Below the pieces are notes generated by a model, which searched no databases, was not told where the DNA came from, and was given only the letters and a program-made list of their open reading frames with translations. This document shows, piece by piece, positions 29,127-39,154 of a DNA stretch of 55,538 bases. The stretch is from a virus (Duplodnaviria > Caudoviricetes). Position 1 is the first letter of the stretch. The number at the start of each line of letters is the position of its first letter. The stretch is taken from positions 1 through 55,538 of IMG/VR virus record IMGVR_UViG_3300009157_000023; one strand, written 5' to 3'. A program made the translations under genes and the position numbers.

Positions 29127-30614
29127 ATGGAACTCTCCGACTATCAGGCCCTTATCCTGAAAGCTCGCACCTCTGGCCAGCAAATCACCGATGATTCGTT
29201 GCGGAAAATCCGCTATGCCTTTGAAAAGGCCTACGAAGATATTTCCCGCATGCTGCGCGACCTGGATAACGATCCCCGCAAGACGGCACAAAGGCAGCTT
29301 TGGCGAATGAAAAAAGAATACTTGAAACAGGTGGTTTTGGGACTCAATAACGGCTATGCCGATGCCCTGAAAGAGGGGATGAACCTCACCGCTATCACAG
29401 CTTCAGAGATCGACCGCCTGGCCGAATCGATGGCGCTCGGATCGGTGGGCAAGGATACCACTATTATTTCGCAGGAATTCGCCAAAATCCCTATTGCCGC
29501 CGTCGATGCAGTCTGGACAAGGATCGGCCCGGACGGACTCACTCTGTCAAAAAGGATCTGGAACGTCTCCAAGCATACTTACCGGCGGGTTGACGGTATA
29601 GTACTTTCCGGCATAGCGCGGGGACAGAGCGCGGTAAATATGGCCAAAGAGCTGCAGCAGGATATTCTCGGAATCAAATCAAACCTGCAGATCCCGGAAA
29701 GCCAGCGCTGGACTACCGGCATATCGAAATCCGTGCGCGGGCGGGGAACGATCCACTACAACGCTTTGAGGCTGGCCAGGACGGAGATCGGCAATGCCTA
29801 TCACGAGGCGGATATAATGGGTGCGATGAAAAGCCTGGTAACGGGCGGGGTGAGATGGAATTTATCAATCCAACATGCCCGCTATGATGTGTGTCTGAGA
29901 AAAGGAACTTTAATATACACATTAAGGGGTTATATTCCAATCGAACAGGTAACAAAAAATGACTATGTCATGACGCACAATGGTAGAATAAGAAAGGTCA
30001 ATAAAACCTACCAGAGTCATTTTAACGGTGAATATATGGTCTCTCTTTATTATCAGGATGGCCATGGCCTTAAACGGATTGTAGCAACACCTAACCACCC
30101 GATCTTTACAGATAACGGAGTAGTTGCTGCTATTGATGTCAATTGCGGATTTGGTAAAAACGCTTATGTATCGCAAAATAAAATATATATTCATCCTGCA
30201 GGAGAAGTAGTTTATAATTTAGGTGTTGAAGAAGATCATTCGTATATCGCAAATGGCATAGCGGTTCATAATTGCGACATTCTTTCCTCTCAGGACGCTT
30301 ACGGTTTAGGCTCCGGCGTGTACCCACCCGAGGGCGTGCCCTTATACCCTCACCCTAATGACATGTGCTATACTACCAGGGTGATCAAACCTAAATCGGA
30401 GTGGGGTAAGAAACGCAAGCCGGTGAATATCAAGGATGATTTCACGTTCAAGCATCCTGAAGAGACAACCTACCTTGACGCGACCAGGCGGGTTGAAGTG
30501 ACGGAGAAAATAACCGAGCATTATGCGGACACCGTCGAGGCGCAGTTTAGGGCCATGATGGATAATATTGTAGGTGCTAGGAAGTTTAAAGGGATAGAGG
30601 TCGAGGCGGACTAA
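29127..30614 (+). CDS. Head morphogenesis (minor capsid/MuF-like) protein with intein
   Basis: LSKRIW, ALRLARTEIGNAY, DV[intein]CD, GLGSGVYP, PHPNDMC. Confidence 0.85.
   Translation: MELSDYQALILKARTSGQQITDDSLRKIRYAFEKAYEDISRMLRDLDNDPRKTAQRQLWRMKKEYLKQVVLGLNNGYADALKEGMNLTAITASEIDRLAESMALGSVGKDTTIISQEFAKIPIAAVDAVWTRIGPDGLTLSKRIWNVSKHTYRRVDGIVLSGIARGQSAVNMAKELQQDILGIKSNLQIPESQRWTTGISKSVRGRGTIHYNALRLARTEIGNAYHEADIMGAMKSLVTGGVRWNLSIQHARYDVCLRKGTLIYTLRGYIPIEQVTKNDYVMTHNGRIRKVNKTYQSHFNGEYMVSLYYQDGHGLKRIVATPNHPIFTDNGVVAAIDVNCGFGKNAYVSQNKIYIHPAGEVVYNLGVEEDHSYIANGIAVHNCDILSSQDAYGLGSGVYPPEGVPLYPHPNDMCYTTRVIKPKSEWGKKRKPVNIKDDFTFKHPEETTYLDATRRVEVTEKITEHYADTVEAQFRAMMDNIVGARKFKGIEVEAD
29892..30272 (+). mobile_element. 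Mini-intein (127 aa, no endonuclease)
   Basis: CLRKGTLIYT...ATPNHPIFT...VYNLGVEEDHSYIANGIAVHN|C; more AT-rich than the flanks. Confidence 0.9.
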
Positions 30615-30832
30615 TGGTAAAAACGCGGGTAATAATCATTATCGAAAACGGCAAAGGCACGGAAACCCAGGAAGTACCGCTGCCAAGCCGCGAGGACGGC
30701 TTTTTCGGCAAACTGGAACTGATATTCGACCGGGGGCGCGTGGTAAACAATCATGTGCCGATGGAACGCTTGCCGATCAAGCCGATAACCAAAGAAGAGT
30801 GGGAAGAATTAATCGGGAGGATAGACCGGTGA
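30614..30832 (+). CDS. DUF2292-like small protein
   Basis: FFGKLELIFDRGRVV. Confidence 0.45.
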   Translation: MVKTRVIIIIENGKGTETQEVPLPSREDGFFGKLELIFDRGRVVNNHVPMERLPIKPITKEEWEELIGRIDR

Positions 30833-31316
30833 AAGGATTGCCAGAACAAGAGAAAGCGAAGAAGGATTTGCTGCAATACCTTGATATGTTAAAAAATGCA
30901 GTGACGGAATCCGATGTTTCAGATTTTAGCCTAAACGTTATAAATGTCATAACAGAAGTCATTGACGGGAAAAGCAAAAACATTTGGCCGCGTCCCATAG
31001 ATAGTAAGCATGACGGAACACAGCTTATCACTTTAAAGGTATTGCTTAACCATGGCGTTAAACCGTATGGACAAGCAATAACCATAAAGGGGTTTGAAGA
31101 AATGCACGGGGTTAAGAAATGAGCGCAAGGCTAGATGAATCACTGACTCGCAAGAAAGATGTAAAAGTAGATTTGAGTGATTGCGAAATATCGGAGAGCG
31201 GGAATATCCAGAAAAAGAGCGCAAGCGCAATGTGCGATGATTGCGATGAGAAAAACTCAGAGCTTTGCAAACCGGATGTCTGAAACAGAATTTTAAACTA
31301 AACAAAAGGACCAACA

Positions 31317-31865
31317 ATGGAAAAGTATATGTTTTACATCTGCATTTGTTTCATCGTTTTATCTGCTGCGTGGTTTTGCATCCAGCCGGTTATCCGGGCA
31401 ACAAAGGATTTGCGCTCTCAATCGGACCAGGGCGAAGATTCACGGCTTGGAATACATGTAAAACCAGACACGCTTTCGATCTATGGCATCCCTAGCCATC
31501 CCCGTTTTGCAACCCTGGAAAGCGATTCATCGTTTAGCCCGGCGATTAAGTGGAAGCAACAGGAATTTGTTTCCCTCTTAACCGTTGCCTCAGATTCGGC
31601 AATTATGCTATCGCATCAATTCCGGCAAGGAATAATATATCTGCTCGGACGCTATCAAAGGGAATGCTATACTGACACAGAGAGGGTTTGCACTGGGATT
31701 TATAAAAATCTGCAAACAGGCAAAACGTGGATAATGCCTTGCGACAAGAATGCTAATATTTTAGGCGCTGTAGAATTATTCAGGTCTGAAAAAATCGAGC
31801 GTGCAGAACCAACGCTTTCCGGCTTTGAAGCGTGGATAAGCGGGCAAAGGTTGGAGGCCAAATGA
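31317..31865 (+). CDS. Membrane-anchored/exported protein
   Basis: N-terminal hydrophobic helix; C-terminal motif shared with 32128. Confidence 0.55.
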   Translation: MEKYMFYICICFIVLSAAWFCIQPVIRATKDLRSQSDQGEDSRLGIHVKPDTLSIYGIPSHPRFATLESDSSFSPAIKWKQQEFVSLLTVASDSAIMLSHQFRQGIIYLLGRYQRECYTDTERVCTGIYKNLQTGKTWIMPCDKNANILGAVELFRSEKIERAEPTLSGFEAWISGQRLEAK

Positions 31866-32127
31866 AAGAGGAAGTAAACATCAATGAAATTACACTCGCT
31901 TTAAATGTATTGGAAAACTTCAATGCAACAGATTTGTCTAATGCAGAATTCTACGAAAACGGCGAGCGGCTTGAAATAGACAAGGATGTAATAGACTATT
32001 TTAAAGAAATAGGTTTGACGAATAAGAATTTCGTTGAACTAAGATTTTGGGAGGAAGCCCACAACTTACCGAAATGGGAATTTAGTTGCGGTGGATCTTG
32101 CGGTGATTGCGAGAAAAAGGAGGCCAA

Positions 32128-32901
32128 ATGAAAACACTCATTATCACCTTACTCCTTGCCGCGTGCGCGTGGGGGCAGGACGCTAAAATGCCACAAGTTA
32201 TTTATCCTGCGTATCCCGGAATGCAAGCGAGTGGGTGGGGACATAGCATAACCGATCTGGTTGGCAGGGAAGTAATTAAACAATCGGCGTTGCAGCTTGA
32301 TTTGTACGATAAATTCATTCCATACGGCCATAAGTCACCGTCCGGCCATGTTCCGGCGCTGGTTGAGAGAACTTACAAAGACAGCACACAAGTATTGCGT
32401 GGAACGTATGTGATTGAATTTGAATATGATTTATACACTCCTTTCAAGGAAATTGATTGTGATTCAAAGCAAACTCACTATCCGGCGCTTATAACAGTTT
32501 CTATGCTATTGGGCAAAGAAAGAATTCTTGTAGGCAGGTCGTTCCCCGGCATATTTACAGAAAAAGAATGCAAAGAAAATAACTCAAAAGAACTTGTCGA
32601 CGAAGCATGGACACAAAAACCGGCTGTAAGCCTTATTCCAAATTATACTCCATTCGCAAGCAATCAAACGATTCCAGAAATTAACCGTCATTCTCTGGTG
32701 CGCGGACTACTTGATTTGTTGGATGAATATTCAGAATATTGCTATGATGATTCGACAAAGCAAGTGCATTATTACGGGATGACAATTACTAACGGTTATG
32801 GACGTATAGTAAGCGAGACTATTTCTGATTCAGCGATATATTACACCCACAAACAGCCCACATTCCCCGGATTCAAAGAATGGCTGAGGGGGATGAAATG
32901 A
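32128..32901 (+). CDS. Exported protein
   Basis: AGGAGG RBS; MKTLIITLLLAACAWG|Q. Confidence 0.6.
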   Translation: MKTLIITLLLAACAWGQDAKMPQVIYPAYPGMQASGWGHSITDLVGREVIKQSALQLDLYDKFIPYGHKSPSGHVPALVERTYKDSTQVLRGTYVIEFEYDLYTPFKEIDCDSKQTHYPALITVSMLLGKERILVGRSFPGIFTEKECKENNSKELVDEAWTQKPAVSLIPNYTPFASNQTIPEINRHSLVRGLLDLLDEYSEYCYDDSTKQVHYYGMTITNGYGRIVSETISDSAIYYTHKQPTFPGFKEWLRGMK

Positions 32902-33844
32902 AAGGACGCAAATTAAAAAGGCGCAAAGGTATTTTGTTTGATTATAATTACGATGGCATTTATGGATATGAACGCATAACAAAGTTTTGGAAAAAATACT
33001 GGCGCAGATGGCAAAAGAGAAATTGCAAATCAGATACCACGCAACAAATACAAGAGAACGATAATGCTCGCGTGGGGACATTGTGCGAGGATGATTTATG
33101 ACATATGAAGAACGTAAGATTATTGATGAGCACATTTTAGATTTAGCCGACTGTGTTAGAAAATCTTTTTTGCATCAAATAAGAACTGAATTACAGCAAT
33201 TCCAAGCATTGCAAGACAAACTACGTTCACCAACAATGGGCAATTATAGTGATAACAGTTTAAGGAATGAAATTAGCGATTTAAAAAAAGCGGTTGCATG
33301 TCTTGAAAAGGATCGTGGTGATTATGATATATATGTTAAATGTTTTATGCAGTTTCTTAGGGTGGCGTCCGAATATCAACTTTCTGCCGCAACTCTTCTT
33401 AAACTTGCAAACAAAAAACTTGACATAAAATGAATAATTTCTGGCAAACCGCTTTTATGCTCATTCTGATTTTTTTTACCTTTAAAAAAGTGCTGAAGCT
33501 TAAATACGGCACCTGCGTCGGATGGTACGATGAAAGAGTGGCTAAAATAGAAGAGCGCAATTCTAAAATATTGTTTTGGTTTGTGCTATTGTTGTTTGAA
33601 ATTGGGTTTGCAGCGTATATAATACAAATGGAATTTCATAATAATGCTCTGCCAACAATGTAAGCACGAGGACAAAACCAGTTTAGGCAGGCATCAATGT
33701 AAGGATTGCCAGTCCTGGTTTTGCGCCAAACACATTTATACCTACGTTGACGGCAATAACATTGCAATAACCCGCAACAGCCCGGAACTTTGCCGGGAGT
33801 GCTATAGAAAGAAGTATGGAAATTAACCAGCAGCAGGAGGATGT

Positions 33845-34561
33845 ATGAAAACCATCATTACCTTAATTCTCGCATTGTCTTTATCCTTATTCGCACAGGT
33901 GAAAGTAACCATCCCGGGCGCGGAAAAGGTGGAAGCAAAAGACAATTTGAATCTTACCCTAAAACTCCCCTTCGATGAAGAGTACAAAATTAATCTGGAT
34001 AACACTGATCAAGACCGCCGGGCGCTGGTTAAAATCCGCATCGATGGGCGAAACGTCACCGATGACGGTTTAATATTGCGCCGGGGCGAGACAATAGCAT
34101 TAGAGAGATTTTTGGACACCGGGGATCTGGCAAGTGGGCCTAAATTTAAGTTCGTGGAAAAAACCGACCAGTTGCGCAAAACCCGCAAGGACAATACAGA
34201 GGACGGGCAAATAATTGTCATTGTGCAATACGAGAAATCGGATAAGCCGGTGGTAGAATACCAATTCGAGCAAGCGCATTATTGGGGGTATGGTGGTTTT
34301 ACTCCATGTCATGACTTAGTAATCTCTGCTGATAGTAATTTATTAGACACACAGGTCAGCTACTCAAACGTCTCATTCACTTCTGGCAGGCTCGAAATCA
34401 AAGGAACCCCAGATGTTGCGGAAGGCGTGACGGTTGAGGGCGAGCGGTCGACGCAGCGATTCCAGGCTGATAAAGTGGGCGAGATGGAGGATCGGATCGA
34501 TACCTTGACAATATCGCTGGTAGGATATTATAAGACTCCGCCGGTGTTGCTGAATAAATAA
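33845..34561 (+). CDS. Exported beta-rich protein
   Basis: MKTIITLILALSLSLFA|Q; YKINLDN..RALVKIRIDGRNV..LERF..KFKFV. Confidence 0.65.
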   Translation: MKTIITLILALSLSLFAQVKVTIPGAEKVEAKDNLNLTLKLPFDEEYKINLDNTDQDRRALVKIRIDGRNVTDDGLILRRGETIALERFLDTGDLASGPKFKFVEKTDQLRKTRKDNTEDGQIIVIVQYEKSDKPVVEYQFEQAHYWGYGGFTPCHDLVISADSNLLDTQVSYSNVSFTSGRLEIKGTPDVAEGVTVEGERSTQRFQADKVGEMEDRIDTLTISLVGYYKTPPVLLNK

Positions 34562-34785
34562 AGGACTAGCTATGACCATCGAATCCGAATTCGACCTGCA
34601 TGATGATGTCCGGATAAAAGAACTTGACCGGCCCGGCAAGGTGCTATCGATCTATATCGCACCCAAAGGCATTCAATACAATGTGCGTTATATTTATGAT
34701 GGGTGCGCCAAAGAGGTTTACTTTTTCGCAGATGAGTTGGAGAAAAGAAATAATTAATATTTTTTTCACAAAACAAAAAAAGTTC

Positions 34786-34815
34786 TTGCGAAAGTTTGTT
34801 ATGGCATTATATTAA
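34786..34815 (+). promoter_or_regulatory. Putative promoter of the capsid/tail operon
   Basis: TTGCGA-16-TATATT within TTATGGCATTATATTAA, the motif shared with 23649. Confidence 0.5.
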
Positions 34816-34954
34816 CCCTTGACAGCTCAATTCTCTATTTTCTCACAAGGGATTTAGGGTGTGCGGGTATGATAAGTTGACGGGCAGGCCACCTGGTCTG
34901 CCCTAAATCCCTTTAAGTTTTGAGCAAGACATATTCGGCTCGACCGAACAAAGG

Positions 34955-35007
34955 AAAGCCGTGGTTTACTTTTTCACGAAAGTGGAATGGTAGATCACGG
35001 CTTTTTT
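34955..35007 (+). terminator. Terminator/attenuator-like hairpin in the capsid leader
   Basis: aaagccgtggtttac...gtagatcacggctttttt with apical ttcac-gaaa-gtgga. Confidence 0.55.
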
Positions 35008-35089
35008 ATTTTCTCCCGCTCCCCCCAAAACAGCAGGGTCAGGCCTGGTCCTCCTGGCCCTGTTGGTATACTAGCGAAAGGCTTTTTAA

Positions 35090-38005
35090 ATGTACACAAA
35101 TATAAGCGAAGTGCCGGAAAACCTGAGAAACATCAATATCGCCAATCTCTCCGAAATCAAGCTGCCCGAGCTGGCAGAACAGATCTCAGGCGGGGTTTAT
35201 GATACCATGAACAAAATCGAAGAGGCGTTAAGGGTAAAGTTTCTTGCCGGGAAAAAGAACGCTTCGCTGTACCTGCAGGACGTCAAGGGCAAATCCGCCA
35301 TTTACCGTATCTCCGATTATTCGGAAGCGCAATACAAACAAGCTACTTACTCTGTAGAATTTTCATATATCGACAAACAATTTACTTTCGGTGAGCCGAA
35401 AGAAGTCGAAATAAAAGAAGTCGTTATCACCAAAGAGGAAACTCCTCAGCTTCCCAATCCGGAAAATTTCCTGATGGAAGAAACTGTCAATTCCGCCGAA
35501 TCAGGCGAAATCTCCCTTTCCGGCAAAATTTTGCTGGAAGAATCGAAAGAGTCAAAGGGCACAATCAAAGCGCGCGTCCCGATGATCAAAATCGGTCAAT
35601 ATACCGATAACGGCAACCGATATTTCGAAGAGTGCTGGACCTGGCTTATGCAGGACATATCCCGCTTGAGCGAGTCCACCAAGTCCCGGAAAGTCCTGGA
35701 CATGTACCCCACTCACAAACCGGCTCTTGATCCGAAAGATCCAAGTTATTTTATGCTCCGTGCGGCTATTATCACCGAAGCGTCGAGGATAGACGATATC
35801 GGCTATATTCATTTCGAGACACTGAAAGAAGCTGCTGGCCCCACTATAGCAGAACAGATCGGCCTTGGAATGATAGGCGGCGTCTCTCTCCGCGCTTTCC
35901 CGAAAGAAGGTTATTTCGAAACCAACAACAAGGGCGGGCATGATGTAAAACGCCTTACCCTTTTAGGCTGTGATTTTACCGACGTTGGAGCAATGCCATT
36001 TGAGGCAAATGAAAAAGGTTTTAAACTTGAGGAAGAAAATACCATGAATCCCGAAGAAATCAAGGCTTTGCAGGATAAAGCCGCGGCTGATGAAGCCGAA
36101 AAGAAACGCCTGGTGGAAGAGAACAAGGCGCTGAAAGAATCCGAGAAAAAGGCGGCTGTCGAAAGACGGCGCAATATGCTCATCGAGCATGTCACGGCGA
36201 AAGTCGCTGGCATAAAGGATTTTGGCGATATCACCAAAGCCGGCATCCTGGAAGATGCGAAAAATGCTGTAGTAGTCGTAATGGCAGAGCAGGATAACGA
36301 CGAAGTAGCCAAGCTGAAGCTGGAAGAGTTTATCACCAAATCCGTCGAACGGCGCAAAAAAGAAATTATCGAAGCGCAAAAGCAGATCATGGAGCAACAG
36401 AAATCCGGAATCAACAATCCGGCTATGTTGAACCTGCTCTCTGAGCAAGGCCGCCAGGTCGGCTTTACCAAAGAAATCACCGGCGGATCCGTCAGGCTGC
36501 GCGATTTGATCCTCTCCAAGATTTACAACCGGCCGATGTACCAGGACGGCAAGTTTTTGCTGGAACAATGGGACGACAAATTGCAGCCATTGATCGATCA
36601 GCAAATCTATTACATGGAGCACGTGGGCCGCTCGCAAAATGATCTGTTCGCAGTCGGCGGTATGCTGCATAACCTTATGCTTACCGAAGAGATGAAAAAG
36701 GCCGTCGCGCCGCTGCTTATGGAAGCCAATGAAGCCAGCACCTCGGGCGTGATCGGTTCCAATTTGCCGCACGAAGTCGCGGCTGCTTTGATTTATGCCG
36801 CTTATCCGGAAACCGTCGCCATGCAGATCGCGAAAACCGGTGATATGAAGTCAAGCACCAAGGATATTTTCGAAATCGGCTATCCTACCAATGACGATCA
36901 GGTTTTCAAGCGCGGCAAGCACATGTTCGGCTTTATCGAACACGGCGGCTTGAGCACCTTGGTAACAAATGGATCCGGTTTGGATGCCACGACTTACGGC
37001 GACGGTGTGGATGACGGCGCTTTGAGTGCCGCTTCGAATCAGTACGGCGATCATCTGTTTGTTGTTGTTGTCGAGGCAGTCAACGCCACCACGGCAATCA
37101 CCTGGACCGGCCTGGACGAAAACGGCGATTCCGCCACCTGGACGGTTTCCCTTGCTACCACCGATGCAGCCGGCACGATCAAGCGTTGTACTCCGACCAA
37201 TGTCGGACAGAAATGCACCGATATTTCTGCCGTTCTTGCCACTGGTATGTCCACAGCCGGGCAGATCATCGCCTTTGTGGAAAAACCAATAACCAGCGCA
37301 ACCGTTGGATCTGCTGAGGATCTGGCATACCTCGGCATTTCCAAGCAAACCGCAACAGAGGATGAATACGACCTGGGCGCCAGGATCGACATTTCCCTCG
37401 TTGAGGATATGCAGATGGCCATGCGCGACGGTTCCGGTGGTTTGGATTACCTGGCTCTTCTGGTTCAAGCCCTGCAGCAAGGCGTCGTAAACCAGATCGA
37501 CCGCAAAATGCTTTATGAGATTTGCGATGATTCCACCGGCGGAAGCCAGACCTTCGCACAAGCGACAGTCCCTGAGGGATCGACCCAAACCGAGTGGAAC
37601 AAGAAGTTTTTGTACTACAACGATCTCACCGTGGATGAAGTGGCATACAGCGGCAATTTCGAGCCGAACTGGGCCGTCTGGTCCCGTGCCGATCGTTCCC
37701 GTTTCATGGAATGGCTGGGTGACGGCTGGACGAAATATAATGTGCAGCGCAATGAACTGCACCTGCAAAGCCGCTCCATCGGCAACATCGCCGGGTGTGA
37801 AGTAATGACCTCCAAAAACGCCCGCAGAAACAGGATTGTCTACGGTACTCGCGGCGTTGGCGTGCATTACTACATCTATGTTCCATTTGTCATTTTCCAG
37901 GCTGACTGGGTGCCGTCCTTGAAAGCGAAAGCTATCATGGTCCACCACAGGGCAGCCGTGAAAATCACCCAACCGAAAACGCTCGGCAAATTGGTGATTT
38001 CATAA
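35090..38005 (+). CDS. Fused prohead protease - scaffold - major capsid polyprotein (T4 gp21/gp23-like)
   Basis: NGNRY..H..GVSLRA..DF protease motifs; charged coiled coil; gp23-like LIYAAYPETVAMQI and ISKQTATEDEYDLGARIDISLVEDMQ..LDYLALLVQALQQGVVNQIDRKML. Confidence 0.85.
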   Translation: MYTNISEVPENLRNINIANLSEIKLPELAEQISGGVYDTMNKIEEALRVKFLAGKKNASLYLQDVKGKSAIYRISDYSEAQYKQATYSVEFSYIDKQFTFGEPKEVEIKEVVITKEETPQLPNPENFLMEETVNSAESGEISLSGKILLEESKESKGTIKARVPMIKIGQYTDNGNRYFEECWTWLMQDISRLSESTKSRKVLDMYPTHKPALDPKDPSYFMLRAAIITEASRIDDIGYIHFETLKEAAGPTIAEQIGLGMIGGVSLRAFPKEGYFETNNKGGHDVKRLTLLGCDFTDVGAMPFEANEKGFKLEEENTMNPEEIKALQDKAAADEAEKKRLVEENKALKESEKKAAVERRRNMLIEHVTAKVAGIKDFGDITKAGILEDAKNAVVVVMAEQDNDEVAKLKLEEFITKSVERRKKEIIEAQKQIMEQQKSGINNPAMLNLLSEQGRQVGFTKEITGGSVRLRDLILSKIYNRPMYQDGKFLLEQWDDKLQPLIDQQIYYMEHVGRSQNDLFAVGGMLHNLMLTEEMKKAVAPLLMEANEASTSGVIGSNLPHEVAAALIYAAYPETVAMQIAKTGDMKSSTKDIFEIGYPTNDDQVFKRGKHMFGFIEHGGLSTLVTNGSGLDATTYGDGVDDGALSAASNQYGDHLFVVVVEAVNATTAITWTGLDENGDSATWTVSLATTDAAGTIKRCTPTNVGQKCTDISAVLATGMSTAGQIIAFVEKPITSATVGSAEDLAYLGISKQTATEDEYDLGARIDISLVEDMQMAMRDGSGGLDYLALLVQALQQGVVNQIDRKMLYEICDDSTGGSQTFAQATVPEGSTQTEWNKKFLYYNDLTVDEVAYSGNFEPNWAVWSRADRSRFMEWLGDGWTKYNVQRNELHLQSRSIGNIAGCEVMTSKNARRNRIVYGTRGVGVHYYIYVPFVIFQADWVPSLKAKAIMVHHRAAVKITQPKTLGKLVIS

Positions 38006-38027
38006 GTTTCCTCCCCGCAGCGCAAAA

Positions 38028-38066
38028 AGGCCGGGTATTTGGGCAGATGCCCGGCCTGTTTTTTTA
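38028..38066 (+). terminator. Terminator after the capsid gene
   Basis: aggccgggtatttg-gg-cagatgcccggcct-gttttttt. Confidence 0.8.
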
Positions 38067-38370
38067 TTCTGAGGAGTGTCATGTTTCGCATTAAAAATAT
38101 TTCATCGAAAAAGCTGGAGCGCGATATAGTCCATCCCAAACTTGGACTACTCCGCCTTTCAGTTAATCCGCAAGAAATGAGTGAATTGCTTCCGGATGAG
38201 TGGCTTTCCCACTTTCAGCAGAATGCTTTTGACGGTATGCAGATTGTGCCGCAATACGAAAAAGTAAAGAAAGAAGCCAGTGAACCGGAAGTACTCGTTT
38301 TGAATTCCACCGGGCCGATAGAAGTCAAGAAAAACCCGGCAATAAAGAAATCCAACAGGGTGAAATAATC

Positions 38371-39141
38371 ATGAAAAGAATCCCCGTTCGCAAATCAATT
38401 CTGGCGACCACAACCGCACTGGCCGCTACCTATACCAAGATCGGTTCCGCTATCAACGTCGAAGGCATGGTTGATCTGTGCCTGCATATTGCAGAAACCG
38501 GCGGCGCAGAGGGTGCGCTGGTAAAAATCTATTCTTCTTTGTCCGGATCCGCTCCGACAACCAACAGCGGCATGTACCAGGACGCCAATACAGACGGCAC
38601 GGAAAAAGTCTATACCATCGCGGCCTCTGGCATTATATCGATCCCGATCAACATTTCCGCCAAATACCTGCTGCTCTATGCAGCCGGTGCATCGGGCGGT
38701 ACCAATGCTTCGATTACCTGCTTTATCACCGGTTCAAGGCCTCAGCCGGACGGTTTGATTTCCAAGCAGCTTAATTCCACTGTCTTGAGTGCGGCTTCAT
38801 TGACCAGTGCTTCGCTGGCTGACAAGGGCGTTGCAGTCAACATCGAAGGGTACAGCGATTTAACGCTGCATCTTTCTGAGACCGTCGGCACGGAAGGCGC
38901 AAAGGTACGGGCGTTTGTCGCTCACACGGGATCCGCCCCGACCGCAACAGCCGCATTGCATACCCATTCGGTTTTGGCTGGTACGGCAGTCGATAATACG
39001 GTGCTCAAAGGCGAAAAGGCTAGTTTTGCGCTTAAGGGCCTGACTGGCAAGTATTTGATGATCCAGGCCGCCAAGACAGCCGTCGGTGCGGGCAACGCAA
39101 CTTTAGCAGTCACTATTACCGGAAGTCTGACAAACCAATAA
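38371..39141 (+). CDS. Putative capsid decoration protein with two tandem beta domains
   Basis: Internal duplication AINVEGMVDLCLHIAETGGAEGALVK / AVNIEGYSDLTLHLSETVGTEGAKVR. Confidence 0.55.
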   Translation: MKRIPVRKSILATTTALAATYTKIGSAINVEGMVDLCLHIAETGGAEGALVKIYSSLSGSAPTTNSGMYQDANTDGTEKVYTIAASGIISIPINISAKYLLLYAAGASGGTNASITCFITGSRPQPDGLISKQLNSTVLSAASLTSASLADKGVAVNIEGYSDLTLHLSETVGTEGAKVRAFVAHTGSAPTATAALHTHSVLAGTAVDNTVLKGEKASFALKGLTGKYLMIQAAKTAVGAGNATLAVTITGSLTNQ

Positions 39142-39154
39142 AAAGGAAAGTATT

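Noticed and set aside
35963-37972. Long minus-strand ORFs (269 and 373 aa) and similar antisense ORFs elsewhere
   Set aside because: They shadow strongly codon-biased plus-strand genes and lack RBSs or recognisable motifs.
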